A program made the translations under genes and the position numbers. 64,000 bases of DNA, taken from the NCBI RefSeq assembly GCF_044324785.1, contig NZ_CP172128.1. The stretch is one strand, 5' to 3'. This DNA comes from Escherichia coli (GTDB lineage: Bacteria; Pseudomonadota; Gammaproteobacteria; Enterobacterales; Enterobacteriaceae). Positions 62,290 to 64,000 of this stretch are shown here, in pieces (the first letter of the stretch is position 1; each line of letters starts with the position of its first letter). The notes beneath the pieces are model-generated. The model searched no databases, had not been told where the DNA came from, and saw only the letters and a program-made list of their open reading frames with translations.

Positions 62290-62390
62290 TATAATGGCCT
62301 GAAAAACGGGACAGGATGTGTAATCGTATAACCGCGCACACACGGCTATACGATTACCACCTGGTCAGGGCTTAGCCCCGACACCCCGGT
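62290..62390 (+). promoter_or_regulatory. oriT region (putative nic site and NikA binding repeats) with nikA promoter
   Basis: inverted repeats CGTATAACC..GGCTATACG and GGGCTTAGCCC directly upstream of nikA, the expected oriT position in IncI-type transfer modules. Confidence 0.5.
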
Positions 62391-62402
62391 AAGGAGCAGA
62401 CC

Positions 62403-62735
62403 ATGAGTGAGAAGAAAACCCGAAGTGGCAGTGAGAAACGGCAAAAGAATGTCCTCATTGCTGTTCGTTTTTCACCAGAAGAGGCTGAGATTGTTAAAGA
62501 AAAGGCAGAAAAAAACGGACTGACAGTTTCAACTCTGATAAGAAAAACTGTGCTGGGAAAACAGATAAATGCCCGCATTGATGAAGATTTTTTGAAAGAG
62601 CTGATGCGTCTTGGTCGCCTGCAGAAGCATCTGTTTGTGGAAGGAAAACGCACGGGAGATAAAGAGTATGCAGAGGTTCTCGTTGCTATTACAGAGCTTG
62701 CTAATACTCTGCGAAGAGATTTAATGGGACGCTGA
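62403..62735 (+). CDS. nikA: NikA relaxosome accessory protein (RHH)
   Basis: 110-aa ORF (size of IncI1 NikA) immediately upstream of the relaxase. Confidence 0.75.
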   Translation: MSEKKTRSGSEKRQKNVLIAVRFSPEEAEIVKEKAEKNGLTVSTLIRKTVLGKQINARIDEDFLKELMRLGRLQKHLFVEGKRTGDKEYAEVLVAITELANTLRRDLMGR

Positions 62736-62746
62736 GATAATCGCTG

Positions 62747-64000
62747 ATGAATGCCATCATTCCGAAAAAAAGACGCGACGGAAAGTCTTCTTTTGAAGAC
62801 CTGATTGCGTACACCTCAGTGCGGGATGATGTGCCGGAAGATGAACTCAGGCCAGACACGGAAATGAAAGCTGAGATTCCGCACCGGAACCGCTTCAGAC
62901 GTCTTGTTGATTATGCAACACGTCTGCGTAATGAAAAATTTGTTTCCCTGATTGATGTGATGAAAGACGGCAGTCAGTGGGTGAATTTCTATGGTGTGAC
63001 CTGCTTTCATAACTGTTTGTCTCTTGAATCTGCGGCTGAAGAAATGCAGAAAGCAGCAGACCTTGCTCATTTTTCCAAAGATGATACAGATCCTGTTTTT
63101 CACTATATTCTCTCCTGGCCTGCGCACGAAAGTCCGCGTTCTGAGCAGCTTTTTGACTGTGTGCGTCACACCCTGAAATCCCTTGAGCTGTCAAAACATC
63201 AGTATGTGGCAGCCGTTCATACAGACACGGATAACCTGCATGTACATGTTGCAGTGAATCGTGTCCACCCTGAAACCGGCTATATCAATTGCCTTCCGTG
63301 GAGCCAGGAAAAACTCAGCCGTGCATGTCGTGAACTTGAACTTAAGCACGGATTCGCGCCTGATAATGGCTGCTTTGTGCATGCACCCGGCAACCGTATT
63401 GTGCGCAAAACAGCGCTGGTACGTGAGCGCCGTAATGCCTGGCGACGCGGGAAAAAGCAGACGTTCAGGGAATATATTGCGCAGATGTCGATTGCCGGTC
63501 TGCGTGAAGAGCCCGCACAGGACTGGTTATCTTTGCATAAACGGCTGGCCAGTGATGGTCTGTATATCACGATGCAGGAAGGGGAACTGGTGGTGAAGGA
63601 TGGCTGGGACAGAGCGCGGGAAGGTGTTGCACTCAGTTCGTTCGGACCGTCATGGACAGCTGAAAAACTGGGGCGGAAACTGGGGGAATATCAGCCTGTA
63701 CCGACAGATATTTTCAGTCAGGTGGGGGCACCCGGTCGTTATGATCCGGAAGCCATTAACGTGGATATCCGGCCGGAAAAAGTGGCAGAAACGGAGAGTC
63801 TGAAACAGTACGCCTGTCGTCACTTTGCTGAACGCTTACCGAAAATGGCGCGAAATGGTGAACTGAAAAGTTGCCTGGCTGTACACCGTACTCTGGCAGA
63901 GGCGGGATTATGGATGGGGATTCAGCACGGGCATCTGGTACTGCATGATGGATTTGAACCACAGCAGACGCCGGTTCGTGCAGACAGTATATGGCCGTTG
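62747..64000 (+). CDS. nikB: NikB MOBP relaxase, 5' part (runs off window end)
   Basis: open frame from ATG 62747 to window end; relaxase motifs VFHYILSW and HTDTDNLHVHVAVNRV. Confidence 0.8.
   Translation, partial: MNAIIPKKRRDGKSSFEDLIAYTSVRDDVPEDELRPDTEMKAEIPHRNRFRRLVDYATRLRNEKFVSLIDVMKDGSQWVNFYGVTCFHNCLSLESAAEEMQKAADLAHFSKDDTDPVFHYILSWPAHESPRSEQLFDCVRHTLKSLELSKHQYVAAVHTDTDNLHVHVAVNRVHPETGYINCLPWSQEKLSRACRELELKHGFAPDNGCFVHAPGNRIVRKTALVRERRNAWRRGKKQTFREYIAQMSIAGLREEPAQDWLSLHKRLASDGLYITMQEGELVVKDGWDRAREGVALSSFGPSWTAEKLGRKLGEYQPVPTDIFSQVGAPGRYDPEAINVDIRPEKVAETESLKQYACRHFAERLPKMARNGELKSCLAVHRTLAEAGLWMGIQHGHLVLHDGFEPQQTPVRADSIWPL

Overview
This 64-kb window reads as a mosaic segment of a large enterobacterial conjugative plasmid (E. 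coli / Salmonella / Klebsiella type), with no rRNA, tRNA or CRISPR array. All calls are from reading the sequence and ORF translations; no database search was run.

Layout:
- 1-3.6 kb: end of a raffinose operon (rafR-rafA with operator palindromes).
- 3.6-10.7 kb: nested mobile-element debris: IS2-like element, truncated Tn21-family tnpA-res-tnpR, IS91-family fragment, RelE/ParE-type toxin-antitoxin pair, IS110-family element, and an 852-bp IR-res-tnpR-IR mini-element.
- 10.8-14.8 kb: high-GC iron-type ABC transporter plus MFS transporter.
- 14.9-20 kb: IS1/IS2-bracketed cargo: colicin-E-type immunity remnant, resolvase remnant, secreted EEP-family nuclease-like gene, cytochrome b562-like gene.
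- 20.2-29 kb: an 8.5-kb LysR-associated catabolic cluster (NCS1-like permease, carbamate kinase, FdrA/DUF1116/DUF2877 trio, isochorismatase-like hydrolase) bounded by 134-bp direct repeats. This is my best candidate for an undescribed system; substrate unknown.
- 29-36 kb: relic nikB, a 17-bp x7 tandem array, vagCD, an IS3-family element, an acetyltransferase, a second IS2.
- 36.7-45.9 kb: ccdAB-resD, colicin B/M locus with cba split by IS1, a duplicated resD 3' end, and two partition systems.
- 45.9-64 kb: IncI-type leading region (impCAB, klcA, ssb, ParB-like, psiB/psiA, ardA, Rpn-family nuclease, several unknown ORFs) punctuated by five GC-rich Frpo/ssi-like repeats, ending in oriT-nikA-nikB (nikB runs off the window).
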